Assembly (NCBI GenBank): GCA_965214405.1
Contig: OZ243956.1
Span: forward strand, 544,001-608,000
Length of the DNA: 64,000 nt
Source: Trueperaceae bacterium
Lineage (GTDB): Bacteria; Deinococcota; Deinococci; Deinococcales; Trueperaceae
Reading direction: 5' to 3'
Below, piece after piece: positions 9,925 through 20,851 of the stretch. A model generated the notes under the pieces. That model was not told the origin of the DNA and made no database searches. It worked only from the letters and a program-made list of their open reading frames with translations. The number at the start of each line of letters is the position of its first letter. Within the stretch, counting starts at the first letter, position 1. Made by a program: the position numbers and the translations under genes.

Positions 9925-10071
9925 ATGTTTGTGGCTTCTCATTTATCCGGACTTTTTGTTCCCCGGACCTTCTGTCTTACAAGCGACTTACAACCCCAAG
10001 CGTACCGCCTAATTTGGGGTAGCTTCCAAAGAAGCTGTGAGGAGACCTTTACGACGCCCATTCAACCCTTG

Positions 10072-10614
10072 ATGCCAAGACAAAAGGTTCCAAGTTTAGA
10101 AGTGCCAACCGTCGGCGGCGGAACGTGGGATTTAGCTTCGAGAACGCCCGAGCATTTCACGCTCGTCGTCTTCTACCGGGGTCTCCACTGCCCCGTCTGC
10201 GCGACGTATTTGGGCGACCTGGAGAAAAAGCTGGGTGAGTTCGAGAAGCGCGGCGTGGACGTTGTCGCTGTCAGCAGTGACACGCAGGAGCGGGCGGAAG
10301 AGGCCAAAGAAGCGTGGGGGCTTGACCATCTCACGGTGGGCTACGGCTTGACTCTTAATAAGGCGCGCGAGTGGGGGCTTTACATCTCCTCGAGCCGCGG
10401 CAAAACGTCTACCGGGGTGCTCGAGCCCGAGCTCTTTAGCGAGCCCGCGCTCTACTTGGTCCGGCCCGACGGCACGCTCTACTTCGGCTCCGTCCAGACG
10501 ATGCCCTTTGCGCGGCCCAACTTCCGCGAGGTCTTGGGCGCGCTCGACTTTGTGATTGCCAAAGACTACCCGGCTCGAGGCGAGGTTGTGGATTACGAGG
10601 CGGTGGGGGCGTAA
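10072..10614 (+). CDS. AhpC/TSA peroxiredoxin-like protein
   Basis: FYRGLHCPVC and FSEPALYL...YPARG motifs; start uncertain (ACG at 10051 follows the SD). Confidence 0.85.
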   Translation: MPRQKVPSLEVPTVGGGTWDLASRTPEHFTLVVFYRGLHCPVCATYLGDLEKKLGEFEKRGVDVVAVSSDTQERAEEAKEAWGLDHLTVGYGLTLNKAREWGLYISSSRGKTSTGVLEPELFSEPALYLVRPDGTLYFGSVQTMPFARPNFREVLGALDFVIAKDYPARGEVVDYEAVGA

Positions 10615-10636
10615 GCACCCTCTAACTCAAACCTAC

Positions 10637-11875
<1,239 letters not shown>

Positions 11876-12031
11876 TGCCCCAGTGTACTGAATGGACGTC
11901 AGGAAGGTGTGATCTTCGCCGACTTTCGCTTGGTGAAAGCTTGCCGCGACACCTCCGCTTTGGCGCTTGCTCTATCCAAGCATCAGCGTTCTGAGGTGCG
12001 GCGCACCGCAAAGGTTTAGCCGTTGTCAGCG

Positions 12032-12802
12032 TTACTCTCCTCTAAAACGCGGCGGGCGCTTTTCTGAAAATGCGCCGATACCCTCGAGCACGTCGGCGGT
12101 TCCGCTGGCTTGAGCTTGGAGGGTGGCCTCGAGCGCCAGTTGCCCTTCCAAGTCGTTATGCGGCGACGCGTTGAGCTGTTCCTTAACAAGCGCGAACGAG
12201 CGCGTCGGCCCCGCCGCGAGTTCCTTAATGAACGCCCACGCGGCCTCCGCAAAGCCGTCGGCAGGGAGCAGCGTCTCCCCCAGCCCGAGCGCCAGCGCCT
12301 CCTCCGCGCCCACCCTGCGCCCGCTGTAGGCGAGTTCGAAAGCCCTGGCCCGCCCCACCAGACGCGGCAAAAAGTAACTCGCCGAGGCGTCCATCACCAG
12401 ACCGATGCGGGTAAAGCCCACCGCAAAAGAGGCGTTGGCCGAGAGTAAGCGCAGGTCGCAGGCGAGCGCCAGACTCATCCCCGCCCCCGCCGCCACGCCG
12501 TTTACCGCGGCGACGACAGGTTTGGGCATCGTCGCTAAGGCGTGCGCCACGGGGTTGTAATAGGTCTCGATAATGTCTTTTGTACTGGAACCGAGACTCG
12601 TGCTGCCGAGGTCGGCCCCCGCGCAAAAGCCGCGGCCCGCGCCCGTAAGAAGCACGGCGCGCACGTTTTTATCGTCCGCGGCCTCCCGCAAGGCGTCGCG
12701 GAGTTCGCCCAGCAGCTCGAGCGAGAGCGCGTTGAGCACGTCGGGCCGGTTGAGGGTGATTTTTAAGGCGTTCGCGTCACGGGAGAGTTCTATGTGATTC
12801 AT
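12032..12802 (-). CDS. Enoyl-CoA hydratase/isomerase (PaaG-like)
   Basis: LNRPDVLNAL, FCAGADL, AVNGVAAGAG crotonase motifs. Confidence 0.9.
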   Translation of the reverse strand: MNHIELSRDANALKITLNRPDVLNALSLELLGELRDALREAADDKNVRAVLLTGAGRGFCAGADLGSTSLGSSTKDIIETYYNPVAHALATMPKPVVAAVNGVAAGAGMSLALACDLRLLSANASFAVGFTRIGLVMDASASYFLPRLVGRARAFELAYSGRRVGAEEALALGLGETLLPADGFAEAAWAFIKELAAGPTRSFALVKEQLNASPHNDLEGQLALEATLQAQASGTADVLEGIGAFSEKRPPRFRGE

Positions 12803-12810
12803 GCCCCAGC

Positions 12811-13149
12811 TTACCCCAGCTCGGGAGACCCGCTAAGCGCGATGAGGAGGTCGTAGTCGTCGGGGGCCGCGGGGTCGTCGAGCGCCGCCCGGTTGCGCCG
12901 CGTCGCGCCGCAGCGGTCGCAACGGCTCACGATGATCCAGCCTTTTTTGCCCGAGTAGTCGACCGACATGGGCTCGAGCACCCCCCCGCAGTCCGACGCC
13001 CGGTCGCCGGGGTTGACGTCGACGTGCAGAGAACGCAGGCAAAAGGGGCAGTGGTTGCGGCACGAGCCGTTGGTTAGGGGCGGCACCTCGCGCCCGCAGT
13101 AGACGCAAACGAAGCCGGTATTTTTGCCCTGGACGGTAAAGCGGCGCAT
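12811..13149 (-). CDS. RNHCP domain protein
   Basis: CVYCG...CRNHCPFCL...HVD...PGDRASDCGG; TAAACT-N5-ATG start. Confidence 0.9.
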   Translation of the reverse strand: MRRFTVQGKNTGFVCVYCGREVPPLTNGSCRNHCPFCLRSLHVDVNPGDRASDCGGVLEPMSVDYSGKKGWIIVSRCDRCGATRRNRAALDDPAAPDDYDLLIALSGSPELG

Positions 13150-13504
13150 AAACAAGTTTATCCTGGGGCTGCCGCGGGGTGTGGAGACACCACACCGAGG
13201 CCGGGGTTGCTGCACGCAAAAACCGAGAAGTAAAGCGTAAAAAGGTTGCGAAGACTTACCTGCGTTTCAAGGTCAAAGGCTGGTCTCAAAGGGCACATGT
13301 CAATACAACCCAGGCGGCAAAAAGTTCTTGCGCCAGGGGCGCAAGAACGCGTCTTAACACTTCTTACAATATCTTGTTGTGAAATTTCTTTTCGGTGTAA
13401 GGTTGGTAAGGTCTCGAGCCCTCATGAACCTGTCGCCACGTAAACTACCCCACACAGCGGCCTCCTATAAGAATTTTGTAAGAGTTCGTTCCCTAGACTG
13501 GCGC

Positions 13505-15157
13505 ATGGTTCCTTACCGCTGGCCTAAACTCGTCATTCTCATAAGCTGGACGGTGTACGCGCTCGTTTTTCCGTCCCTGTTCAAGGTTCTTTCGGGCGAG
13601 GCGGTGGCGCTGGTCGTCTTGCCGATGATTATTACGGCCGCGGTCGGCGGCCTCTGGTGGGGGCTCGCGGCGGGCGGTATCGCATTTGTGCTCAACCAGA
13701 CGCTTCTGTTCGCCCTCGGCGGCCTCCCGGCCAACTGGCTGCCCGTCAACTTGCCCGACTTGGTCGTGAGCGTGTTTATCGGCGGGGTGGTGGGTTACTT
13801 GCGCGACGTGCGGCTCAGGCTTATTTTTTACGCGCAGCACGACGCGCTCACGGGGCTTCACAACCGCGCGGCCTTTACCGCGCGGTTGGAAAGGGCGCTC
13901 GCGCGCACCCCGGCGCAGAGCACCACCTCGCTCCTATTTATCGACCTAGACGGGTTCAAGCTCGTGAACGACAAGCACGGCCACGCGGTGGGCGACGCGC
14001 TTCTGCGCGAGGTGGCGGAGCGGCTTAAAGAGCGGGTGCGCCGCGGCGATCTGGTCGGCAGGCTCGGGGGTGACGAGTTTACGGTGCTGTTAACCAACAT
14101 CGCCAAGCCCGAGCACAGCGCAGACGTGGCAGATAAACTTTTAGACGCGCTCACGACGCCCTTTAAGGTGGATAACAAAACACTCAGCATCGGGGCCAGC
14201 ATCGGCGTGGCGCATTATCCTTTACATGCGGGAGACGCCGACACGCTCATCCAGTGCGCGGACAGCGCGATGTATAGAGCTAAATACGGCGGCAAAAACC
14301 ACTGCCAGATTTTTGACGGCGCGGCCCCGGTTCCGGCCTACGGGCGCACCGAGGCGCAGCTACGCGACGCGCTCGAGCGCGAAGAATTTAAGCTCTACTA
14401 CCAGCCGCAACTGAGTCTTCACAGCGGACGCGTCGAGGGCGTGGAGGCGCTCGTGCGCTGGGAGCACCCCGAACGCGGCCTCGTCTCGCCGGGCGAGTTT
14501 ATCCCGGTGGCCGAGCGAACGGGCCTCATCGTTCCTTTGGGCACCTGGGTCTTGCGCGAGGCCTGCCGTCAGGCCAAGGCCTGGGAAATCGCGGGCTTCG
14601 CGCCGACGCGCATGGCCGTGAACGTGTCCGCGGCGCAGTTTGCCCAGAGCGACTTTGTCGCCTCGGTGGCTGGGTGTTTATCGGACACCGGCCTAGAGGC
14701 GCGCTGGCTCGAGCTAGAAATTACCGAGAGCCTGCTCATGCAAGACGTCGAGGGCGCGGTCACGGCGCTTCACCGGCTGCGCGCGTTGGGGGTTCACGTC
14801 GCCATCGACGACTTCGGCACGGGCTACTCGTCGCTCGCCTACCTCCAAAAACTGCCCATCCAAAGGCTCAAAATCGACCGCTCCTTTTTATTCTCCTTGG
14901 GAAGCGCGCCGCGTAACCCCTCCGAGGCCGCGATCCTGACCGCCATCACCAATTTGGCTCACAACTTGGGCAAACAAGTGGTCGCCGAGGGCGTCGAGAC
15001 GCCCGCGCAAAAACGCTTTTTAGAGGAAATCGGCTGCGACACCGCGCAGGGCTTCCTTTTCGCCAAGCCGCTGCCCGTCTCACAAGTGGAGCGCTTGTTG
15101 GAGCGCCAGGGAAGTCCAACCTCGACCGGGCACGAGGCGAGGCTGTCCGTCAACTAG
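13505..15157 (+). CDS. Membrane-anchored diguanylate cyclase/phosphodiesterase (GGDEF-EAL)
   Basis: N-terminal TM helices; RRGD I-site, GGDEF, EAL and DDFGTGYSS intact; start uncertain. Confidence 0.92.
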   Translation: MVPYRWPKLVILISWTVYALVFPSLFKVLSGEAVALVVLPMIITAAVGGLWWGLAAGGIAFVLNQTLLFALGGLPANWLPVNLPDLVVSVFIGGVVGYLRDVRLRLIFYAQHDALTGLHNRAAFTARLERALARTPAQSTTSLLFIDLDGFKLVNDKHGHAVGDALLREVAERLKERVRRGDLVGRLGGDEFTVLLTNIAKPEHSADVADKLLDALTTPFKVDNKTLSIGASIGVAHYPLHAGDADTLIQCADSAMYRAKYGGKNHCQIFDGAAPVPAYGRTEAQLRDALEREEFKLYYQPQLSLHSGRVEGVEALVRWEHPERGLVSPGEFIPVAERTGLIVPLGTWVLREACRQAKAWEIAGFAPTRMAVNVSAAQFAQSDFVASVAGCLSDTGLEARWLELEITESLLMQDVEGAVTALHRLRALGVHVAIDDFGTGYSSLAYLQKLPIQRLKIDRSFLFSLGSAPRNPSEAAILTAITNLAHNLGKQVVAEGVETPAQKRFLEEIGCDTAQGFLFAKPLPVSQVERLLERQGSPTSTGHEARLSVN

Positions 15158-15268
15158 TCCGTCAACTAGGCTCCAGGCAAGGTGAGGCCTCACCCAGCAG
15201 AGAGCAGTTCAAGCGCCTCTCAGGACGGATGACCGGCTCATAGACGTGGCTGACTAACTCAAGCCACG

Positions 15269-16177
15269 CTACTTTGGCTCGAGCCCCAGCAGCACAAACC
15301 CAGCGCGCGCGGGGTCACTAAGATTTCCTGTGACGACGACCTTCCCGTCTTCGAGCGCCACTTCCGTCTTTCCCTGTTGGATGTTGCTACCCGTGTCAAA
15401 AAGAAAAGAAACGCTAAACGAGCGGCTGTCACCGAGGAGTTCGGTCACGGAACCCAGGGTGACGGAAAACCTTCCCTGCCTGTTCGCCCCCTGCGGCGGG
15501 ACGTCCAGCGCGAACATGTTGGGGGCGCGCGCGGCCAAGGTCTGGGCGAGGCGCTGCTCGAGCTTAGGAATCCGCTCGTGATTCGCGTCGGCGGCGCTCA
15601 AGTCAGGACTGTTACGCTTGCACGCGCTCGCGCGCCAGTCTTCCCTTTTCATCGCATTGAGCAAAAGCTGACCGTGGAGCAGTTCGTGGTAGACAAGCGT
15701 CTGATTCGAAAGCTCGCCCAACGGTCCCTGCGGCTCGGCGAGCGCCTTGGGGTCAAAAAGGAGCGCGTTGGAAAACACCATCTCTTTCTCGCTCGTTTGC
15801 GCGCCCGTGCGGGTACGAATCGCGCCGTCCCACAAGTAAGCCCCCGACTCCCCACCCGTCCCCCGCCCCGACGCCTGCGCTTCTACCGCCGCGGGGTCCC
15901 ACGCCTTGAGCGTCGTCGTGACGCTCACCGAAACCCGCGCCACGGGGTCACCCTGGGCGCACTCAAAAGAAAAGGTCACGGGTTGGGAAAGACTTTTGAC
16001 CACGCCCTCTACCCCCTCCGGCAACGCCACGCTCTGAAGCTCAGCCAGCGTTTTCTGAAAGAGAGCGCGCTGAGGGCTGCTGGACCCTAAGGTCTGGAGG
16101 TCGGGCTGGGCGAAGCCAAAACTTGCGAGTGTTACGAGGATAAAAACGGAGAAAGCTCTAGAAAAAATAGTGCTCAA
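15269..16177 (-). CDS. Secreted hypothetical protein with an HExxH motif
   Basis: GAAAGG-N6-TTG start, signal peptide, YHELLHG. Confidence 0.65.
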   Translation of the reverse strand: MSTIFSRAFSVFILVTLASFGFAQPDLQTLGSSSPQRALFQKTLAELQSVALPEGVEGVVKSLSQPVTFSFECAQGDPVARVSVSVTTTLKAWDPAAVEAQASGRGTGGESGAYLWDGAIRTRTGAQTSEKEMVFSNALLFDPKALAEPQGPLGELSNQTLVYHELLHGQLLLNAMKREDWRASACKRNSPDLSAADANHERIPKLEQRLAQTLAARAPNMFALDVPPQGANRQGRFSVTLGSVTELLGDSRSFSVSFLFDTGSNIQQGKTEVALEDGKVVVTGNLSDPARAGFVLLGLEPK

Positions 16178-16190
16178 GAAAAACCTTTCG

Positions 16191-16514
16191 TTAACGCCGT
16201 CTCGAGCCGTAAAGCAAGTAGACCGCGCCAAAAAAGAGCCCGCCGCCGATCACCGTCACCGCGAGGAGGCGTAAGGGGTCCAGCGAGGGCTCAGCAAGAT
16301 AGAGAACAACATTGGCAAAAGACCAGGTGGCCGGGTCCGAGGGAAAAAGCAGCCACGCGACCGCGAGCGTCAGGGGAAAAGAGAGCCACGCAAGCCACGA
16401 GGGAAGGCGGGGCGCGCGCTCATCCGCGTGTTCTGCCATTTGCTCCGCGCGGCGCGACACCACCAAACACGCCACGATGAAGAGTACAAAAGCTGCGCCA
16501 AAGCTCGTTTCCAC
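16191..16514 (-). CDS. Small membrane protein
   Basis: Three hydrophobic segments; GGAGG SD. Confidence 0.65.
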   Translation of the reverse strand: METSFGAAFVLFIVACLVVSRRAEQMAEHADERAPRLPSWLAWLSFPLTLAVAWLLFPSDPATWSFANVVLYLAEPSLDPLRLLAVTVIGGGLFFGAVYLLYGSRRR

Positions 16515-16712
16515 AGGGTCTCCTCCAGCACCTACCCGCAGGCTTAGCGTACCCCCTTGGGAGCGCTGACAACTGTTTTTGGTCTAACGTTTTTGGTTTG
16601 ACGGCTTATTTATTTCGCGCGAGGAGAACGCCGCAAGGGGTAAAACGAGAGGTTGCAACCCCTTTTATGTGAGTGACACCATCTCTGAAAGACACTGTTC
16701 TCGTACGCTCGT

Positions 16713-17849
16713 TTAGGAGGTTGAAGCTTCCTCCGCGCGTTTTTGGGTGGAGGACACGTCGCGGCGAAAGCTTAGCGGCGCGATCTCCTCAAAAAGGCCG
16801 TCGGGCGCGGCGGAAAGCTCCAAATCACGCAACGTCGTGAAGCGTCCGTCGTAGTGACGCCCGGCGACCAGAAAGCGGCAACCCGCCGCGCGTAATTCGC
16901 CTAATGCGCGCCGCATCTGGGCCTCACCACCGTAAAATTCGGGCCGCACGAGCCGCGCCGCCGTGTCCGCGCCCACGACAAACACGCCGCCCGGAAAGAG
17001 CGTCGCTTTTTGGCTAAAGAGCGGCGCGCGCGTGAGGACCACCGTCGCCAGTCCCGCGAACTGCGCGGCGCGGCGTTCCGCCTCGGTGGGCTTTAAGGGC
17101 GCTTTGTCCGCGTTGACGAGGGGCAGCTCGAACAAGACGTGCCGCCCCAGCACCCCGCTCGCCACCTCGGCCAGCTCGAGGTGACCCTCGTGGAGCGGGT
17201 TAAAAGAACCTGATAAAATCGCGGCACCTGGTTTTACGCCCGTCTCGAGCCTGCCGTCAGGCGTCACGGCGAGCAGGTCTATTTCACCCACCTCGAGCCT
17301 ACGCAGCGCCTCGGCGGGCGCGAATCTCTCCTTTACCCTCTCACCCTCAACCAGCGGAAGGGCGGGCGCGTTCACGCCGCACGCTCGAGCCACCGCCGCA
17401 AGAATGAGGCTCGAGACGACGCTCTCCTCCTCACCCCTCGTCCTCAGCCCCTTGGTCAAAACCAGGGTATAGGAGGTGGTGCCGAGCACGCTCCGCAGCG
17501 CCACACAAGCCCGGTGTTCGCCGCGCTTCGTACGGTCGGTGGCGATGGCCGCGGTGCACCCCACACCCGCGACCGGCTCGGCGGGGGCCAGACGCCGCGC
17601 TCTCGCGTAGGCCCGCGCCGCCAGCGCCTCGGCCACTTCGGGAGACGCAAAACTTTGAGGGGTAAACCCCACAGCCTCAACGAGAGAGGCCGCCGCGTAA
17701 CGGTCAGTCGCCTCGAGAACGGTCCGCGACGACCCCCCGACGCCGTGCAACCACGCGAGGGCCAAAGAGCCCGCGCCCGCAAACTCGAGCACCACCTTGG
17801 GCGGCGCCGCATGAACGGCGGTAACAGTTTTCTCTATAGCCGAATCCAC
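16713..17849 (-). CDS. CinA-like domain fused to a NadD-like nucleotidyltransferase
   Basis: N-terminal GVGGSSRTVLE...AIATDR; C-terminal GSFNPLHEGH, VVGADT, VSST. Confidence 0.8.
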   Translation of the reverse strand: MDSAIEKTVTAVHAAPPKVVLEFAGAGSLALAWLHGVGGSSRTVLEATDRYAAASLVEAVGFTPQSFASPEVAEALAARAYARARRLAPAEPVAGVGCTAAIATDRTKRGEHRACVALRSVLGTTSYTLVLTKGLRTRGEEESVVSSLILAAVARACGVNAPALPLVEGERVKERFAPAEALRRLEVGEIDLLAVTPDGRLETGVKPGAAILSGSFNPLHEGHLELAEVASGVLGRHVLFELPLVNADKAPLKPTEAERRAAQFAGLATVVLTRAPLFSQKATLFPGGVFVVGADTAARLVRPEFYGGEAQMRRALGELRAAGCRFLVAGRHYDGRFTTLRDLELSAAPDGLFEEIAPLSFRRDVSSTQKRAEEASTS

Positions 17850-17881
17850 AGCGACAGGGTACCTTACACCTTTCTCTTTCG

Positions 17882-18116
17882 CTACAAGCGTTCGGCCAAA
17901 GCTTCTCTATTAAGTTCGCAATCTCGGAGAATTTTGGATAAAACACCAGGTCCGATGGTTTCACCTTTATGGACGGGAATGACCATGAGCGACAACCTGG
18001 GTTCGACCGTCCGTGTGACGCAGAAAGTGGTGGCTGCCTTTCGTTCGCACAACCTCAAGACCCGCTTTGCGAAGTGCCGACAAAGGCTCCCATCTCGTTA
18101 AACTTGGAAGCTTCAT
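17882..18116 (-). pseudogene. hicA: HicA toxin, frameshifted
   Basis: MKLPSLT...KGSHHFLRHTDGRT in one frame and VIPVHKGETIGPGVLSKILRD in another; about 13 extra nt at 17987-17999. Confidence 0.85.
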
Positions 18117-18328
18117 ACATCAACGGCAAGTCTCCTAATCCCCATAAACTGGTTGGCCTCATCTTGTGGCTCCTCGACCTCGAGGCAAAGTTCAACAGCC
18201 TCTCGCACACGCTCCATAAGCGCGTCAAGTGATCTAGCCTGCGTGTAGCAACTTTTAAGGGCGGGAACGGTCGCAATATAATACCCTTCCGCATCCCTTT
18301 CAATCACAACGTCAAACTCTCTTTTCAT
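18113..18328 (-). CDS. hicB: HicB family antitoxin (short form)
   Basis: VIERDAEGYYIATVPAL..YTQARSLDALMERVREAVEL. Confidence 0.88.
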   Translation of the reverse strand: MKREFDVVIERDAEGYYIATVPALKSCYTQARSLDALMERVREAVELCLEVEEPQDEANQFMGIRRLAVDV

Positions 18329-18346
18329 ACGTCTCCTCTAGTCAAT

Positions 18347-19201
18347 TTAGGCACGCTGCGGCCCTATCTCCTCGAGCACCACCCTCTCCCCATACGTCCG
18401 CGTCGGCGGCAGCGTGTAGGGTTCTTTACGTGGAGGCAGCCAGCGCAGGACTCTGGCCCTCAGCCGTAAGCCGCCTCTGACAAGCGCCCGCACGAGCCGG
18501 GGCGGTTGGGAGAAGCCGAACGCCCCCAGCATCGCCTCGTCCATCACCGCGTAAACGAAGGGTCGCCCGAAGCGCCATAAAGATTGGGGCAAAATCCAGC
18601 TCAGAAAAAGGTCGCGCGTCGCCTCGGCCAGGCGTTGATTGTGGGGGCTGTAGGCGAAATGCTCGAGCTCATACGTTCGGTTAAACCTTTCAAAGGCATC
18701 ATAACTCTCCGGCAGACCCTTGAGCCCCATAAGCCGCCCCACCTCGCGCCAAAAACAGAATGAAGCCGCCTTTTCCCGCTCGCTCAGGGGCCGCCAGCCG
18801 TACGCGGCGTTCCAGCGGATGGGCTCGAAGGTGAAGGTCGAGAGCACGTAGAGAAATTCGTCGTTGGGGATGGGGTAACGCGCGTGAATCTGGTTCATAC
18901 GCCGGATGGCGCGCCGACCCTCCGGGCTGCTGTGCCCGTAAAAGCCGATGGTGCTCATCAGAATCGTGGTGTCGTCGTAACGTTTCTGGGCGCGCTTGGT
19001 GAATTCTTCGGTGCTGACCAAAAGTTCGGAGCTTTTGGGCACGGCAAAGGTGCGCAAAAGCGCGAGTTCCAAGGCCCGCTGCGTGTCCCACGGAAAATCG
19101 AAAGTCGAGCTTAAAAAAGCGATGCGCTCGTGATCGTGTTGGGCGTCAAGCTTTTCTATCTCACGCAGAACACGATATCTGGACCCACGCCGGTTGAACA
19201 T
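18347..19201 (-). CDS. ER-bound oxygenase MpaB / DUF2236 family protein
   Basis: [27 protein letters not shown]. Confidence 0.8.
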   Translation of the reverse strand: MFNRRGSRYRVLREIEKLDAQHDHERIAFLSSTFDFPWDTQRALELALLRTFAVPKSSELLVSTEEFTKRAQKRYDDTTILMSTIGFYGHSSPEGRRAIRRMNQIHARYPIPNDEFLYVLSTFTFEPIRWNAAYGWRPLSEREKAASFCFWREVGRLMGLKGLPESYDAFERFNRTYELEHFAYSPHNQRLAEATRDLFLSWILPQSLWRFGRPFVYAVMDEAMLGAFGFSQPPRLVRALVRGGLRLRARVLRWLPPRKEPYTLPPTRTYGERVVLEEIGPQRA

Positions 19202-19293
19202 TCCTTGAGCTTAGCAAGCAGGCGCGCAGCTTCACGTATACTGTGGCAAATGCTGTACGGTTTAGAAACTCTTTTGTCAGTAGCGGAGGTCTG

Positions 19294-20781
19294 ATGTCGT
19301 TTATCCTCTCCCTGGACCAGGGAACCACAAGCTCGAGGGCGCTCCTTTTTGACGAGGCCGGAAAAATCGTCGGAAGCGCGCAGAGGGAATTCGAGGGGCT
19401 TTTTCCCCGCCCCGGCTGGGTCGAGCACCGGCCCGGCGACATCTGGGCGAGTCAGGCGGATGTCGCCAAAGAAGCGCTCGCCAACGCCGGGATTGCCACG
19501 TCTGAGCTTGCGGCGGTGGGCGTGACCAATCAGCGCGAAACGACGCTGGTGTGGGACCGCAAGACCGGCGAGCCCGTCTATAACGCAGTTGTCTGGCAAG
19601 ACCGGCGCACCGCGGCCTATATCGACAGGCTCAAGGCGGAGGGGTTAGAGGAGCTTTTTAGGGAAAAAACCGGGCTTGTCCTCGACGCTTACTTTTCGGC
19701 GAGCAAGCTTGTGTGGATTTTGGACCACGTCGAGGGGGTGCGCGGGAGGGCCGAGCGGGGCGAGTTGGCCTTTGGCACGGTGGACACCTGGCTCCTTTAC
19801 AAGCTCACGGGCGGTGAGGTTTTTGTGACCGACGTGAGCAACGCGAGCCGGACGATGATGTTTAACATCCGCACCTTGGAGTGGGACGACGAGATTTTGA
19901 AGATTCTGAAGATTCCCCGCGCCATGCTTCCTACCATCAAATCCTCCTCGGAAGTCTACGGTGAGACGGCGGCGGACATATTGGGAACACCTGTGCCCAT
20001 CGCGGGCGTGGCGGGCGACCAGCAGGCAGCGACCTTTGGGCAGGCGTGTTTTAGGGAGGGGCAGGGCAAAAACACCTACGGCACGGGGGCGTTTATGGTG
20101 CTCAATACGGGTGAGGAACCCGTCCCCTCGGCCAACAAGCTCCTCACCACGGTCGCCTGGCAAGTTGATGAGGCGGTGACGTACGCGCTCGAGGGCTCCA
20201 TCTTCGTGGCGGGCGCGGCGGTGCAGTGGCTGCGCGACGGGCTGGGCCTTATCCGCACGTCGGGGGAGGTCGAGGGATTGGCGGGGAGCGTGCCCGACAA
20301 CGGCGGCGTCTACTTGGTTCCCGCCTTTACGGGGCTCGGCGCGCCGCATTGGGACCCGTACGCGCGCGGGGCGCTCCTGGGGCTTACGCGCGGGAGCACG
20401 GCGGGGCACGTGGCGAGGGCGGCGCTCGAGGGTATCGCCTACCAAGTCCGCGACGTGATCCGGGCGATGGAACGCGACGGCGTCCCGCTCAAAGAATTGC
20501 GCGTCGACGGGGGCGCTTCAACCAACGATCTACTCATGCAGTTTCAGGCGGACCTTTTGGACGTGCCCGTCGTCCGGCCCGCGATTACCGAAACAACCGC
20601 GCTGGGGGCGGCGTATTTAGCGGGTCTCGCGGTGGGCTACTGGCGGGACAGAGAAGACATCGCCGCGCAGTGGTCGGAGGGAAAGCGGTTTGAGCCGCAG
20701 ATGGAGCGTGGGGCGCGTGACACACTCCTAGAAGGGTGGCAGCGCGCGCTGGGACGCAGTAAGGATTGGGCTACGGAGTAG
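19294..20781 (+). CDS. glpK: Glycerol kinase
   Basis: [36 protein letters not shown]. Confidence 0.97.
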   Translation: MSFILSLDQGTTSSRALLFDEAGKIVGSAQREFEGLFPRPGWVEHRPGDIWASQADVAKEALANAGIATSELAAVGVTNQRETTLVWDRKTGEPVYNAVVWQDRRTAAYIDRLKAEGLEELFREKTGLVLDAYFSASKLVWILDHVEGVRGRAERGELAFGTVDTWLLYKLTGGEVFVTDVSNASRTMMFNIRTLEWDDEILKILKIPRAMLPTIKSSSEVYGETAADILGTPVPIAGVAGDQQAATFGQACFREGQGKNTYGTGAFMVLNTGEEPVPSANKLLTTVAWQVDEAVTYALEGSIFVAGAAVQWLRDGLGLIRTSGEVEGLAGSVPDNGGVYLVPAFTGLGAPHWDPYARGALLGLTRGSTAGHVARAALEGIAYQVRDVIRAMERDGVPLKELRVDGGASTNDLLMQFQADLLDVPVVRPAITETTALGAAYLAGLAVGYWRDREDIAAQWSEGKRFEPQMERGARDTLLEGWQRALGRSKDWATE

Positions 20782-20851
20782 ATACAAAATAAATTGTGAT
20801 GCAAACGCTAAAGGGCGGCGTGAGGGTGAGGAGACGGATGAGGAGAGCTAA

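Noticed and set aside
13150..13500. c-di-GMP riboswitch upstream of the GGDEF-EAL gene
   Set aside because: Hairpins are present, but I could not find the class I or II consensus; needs an Rfam scan
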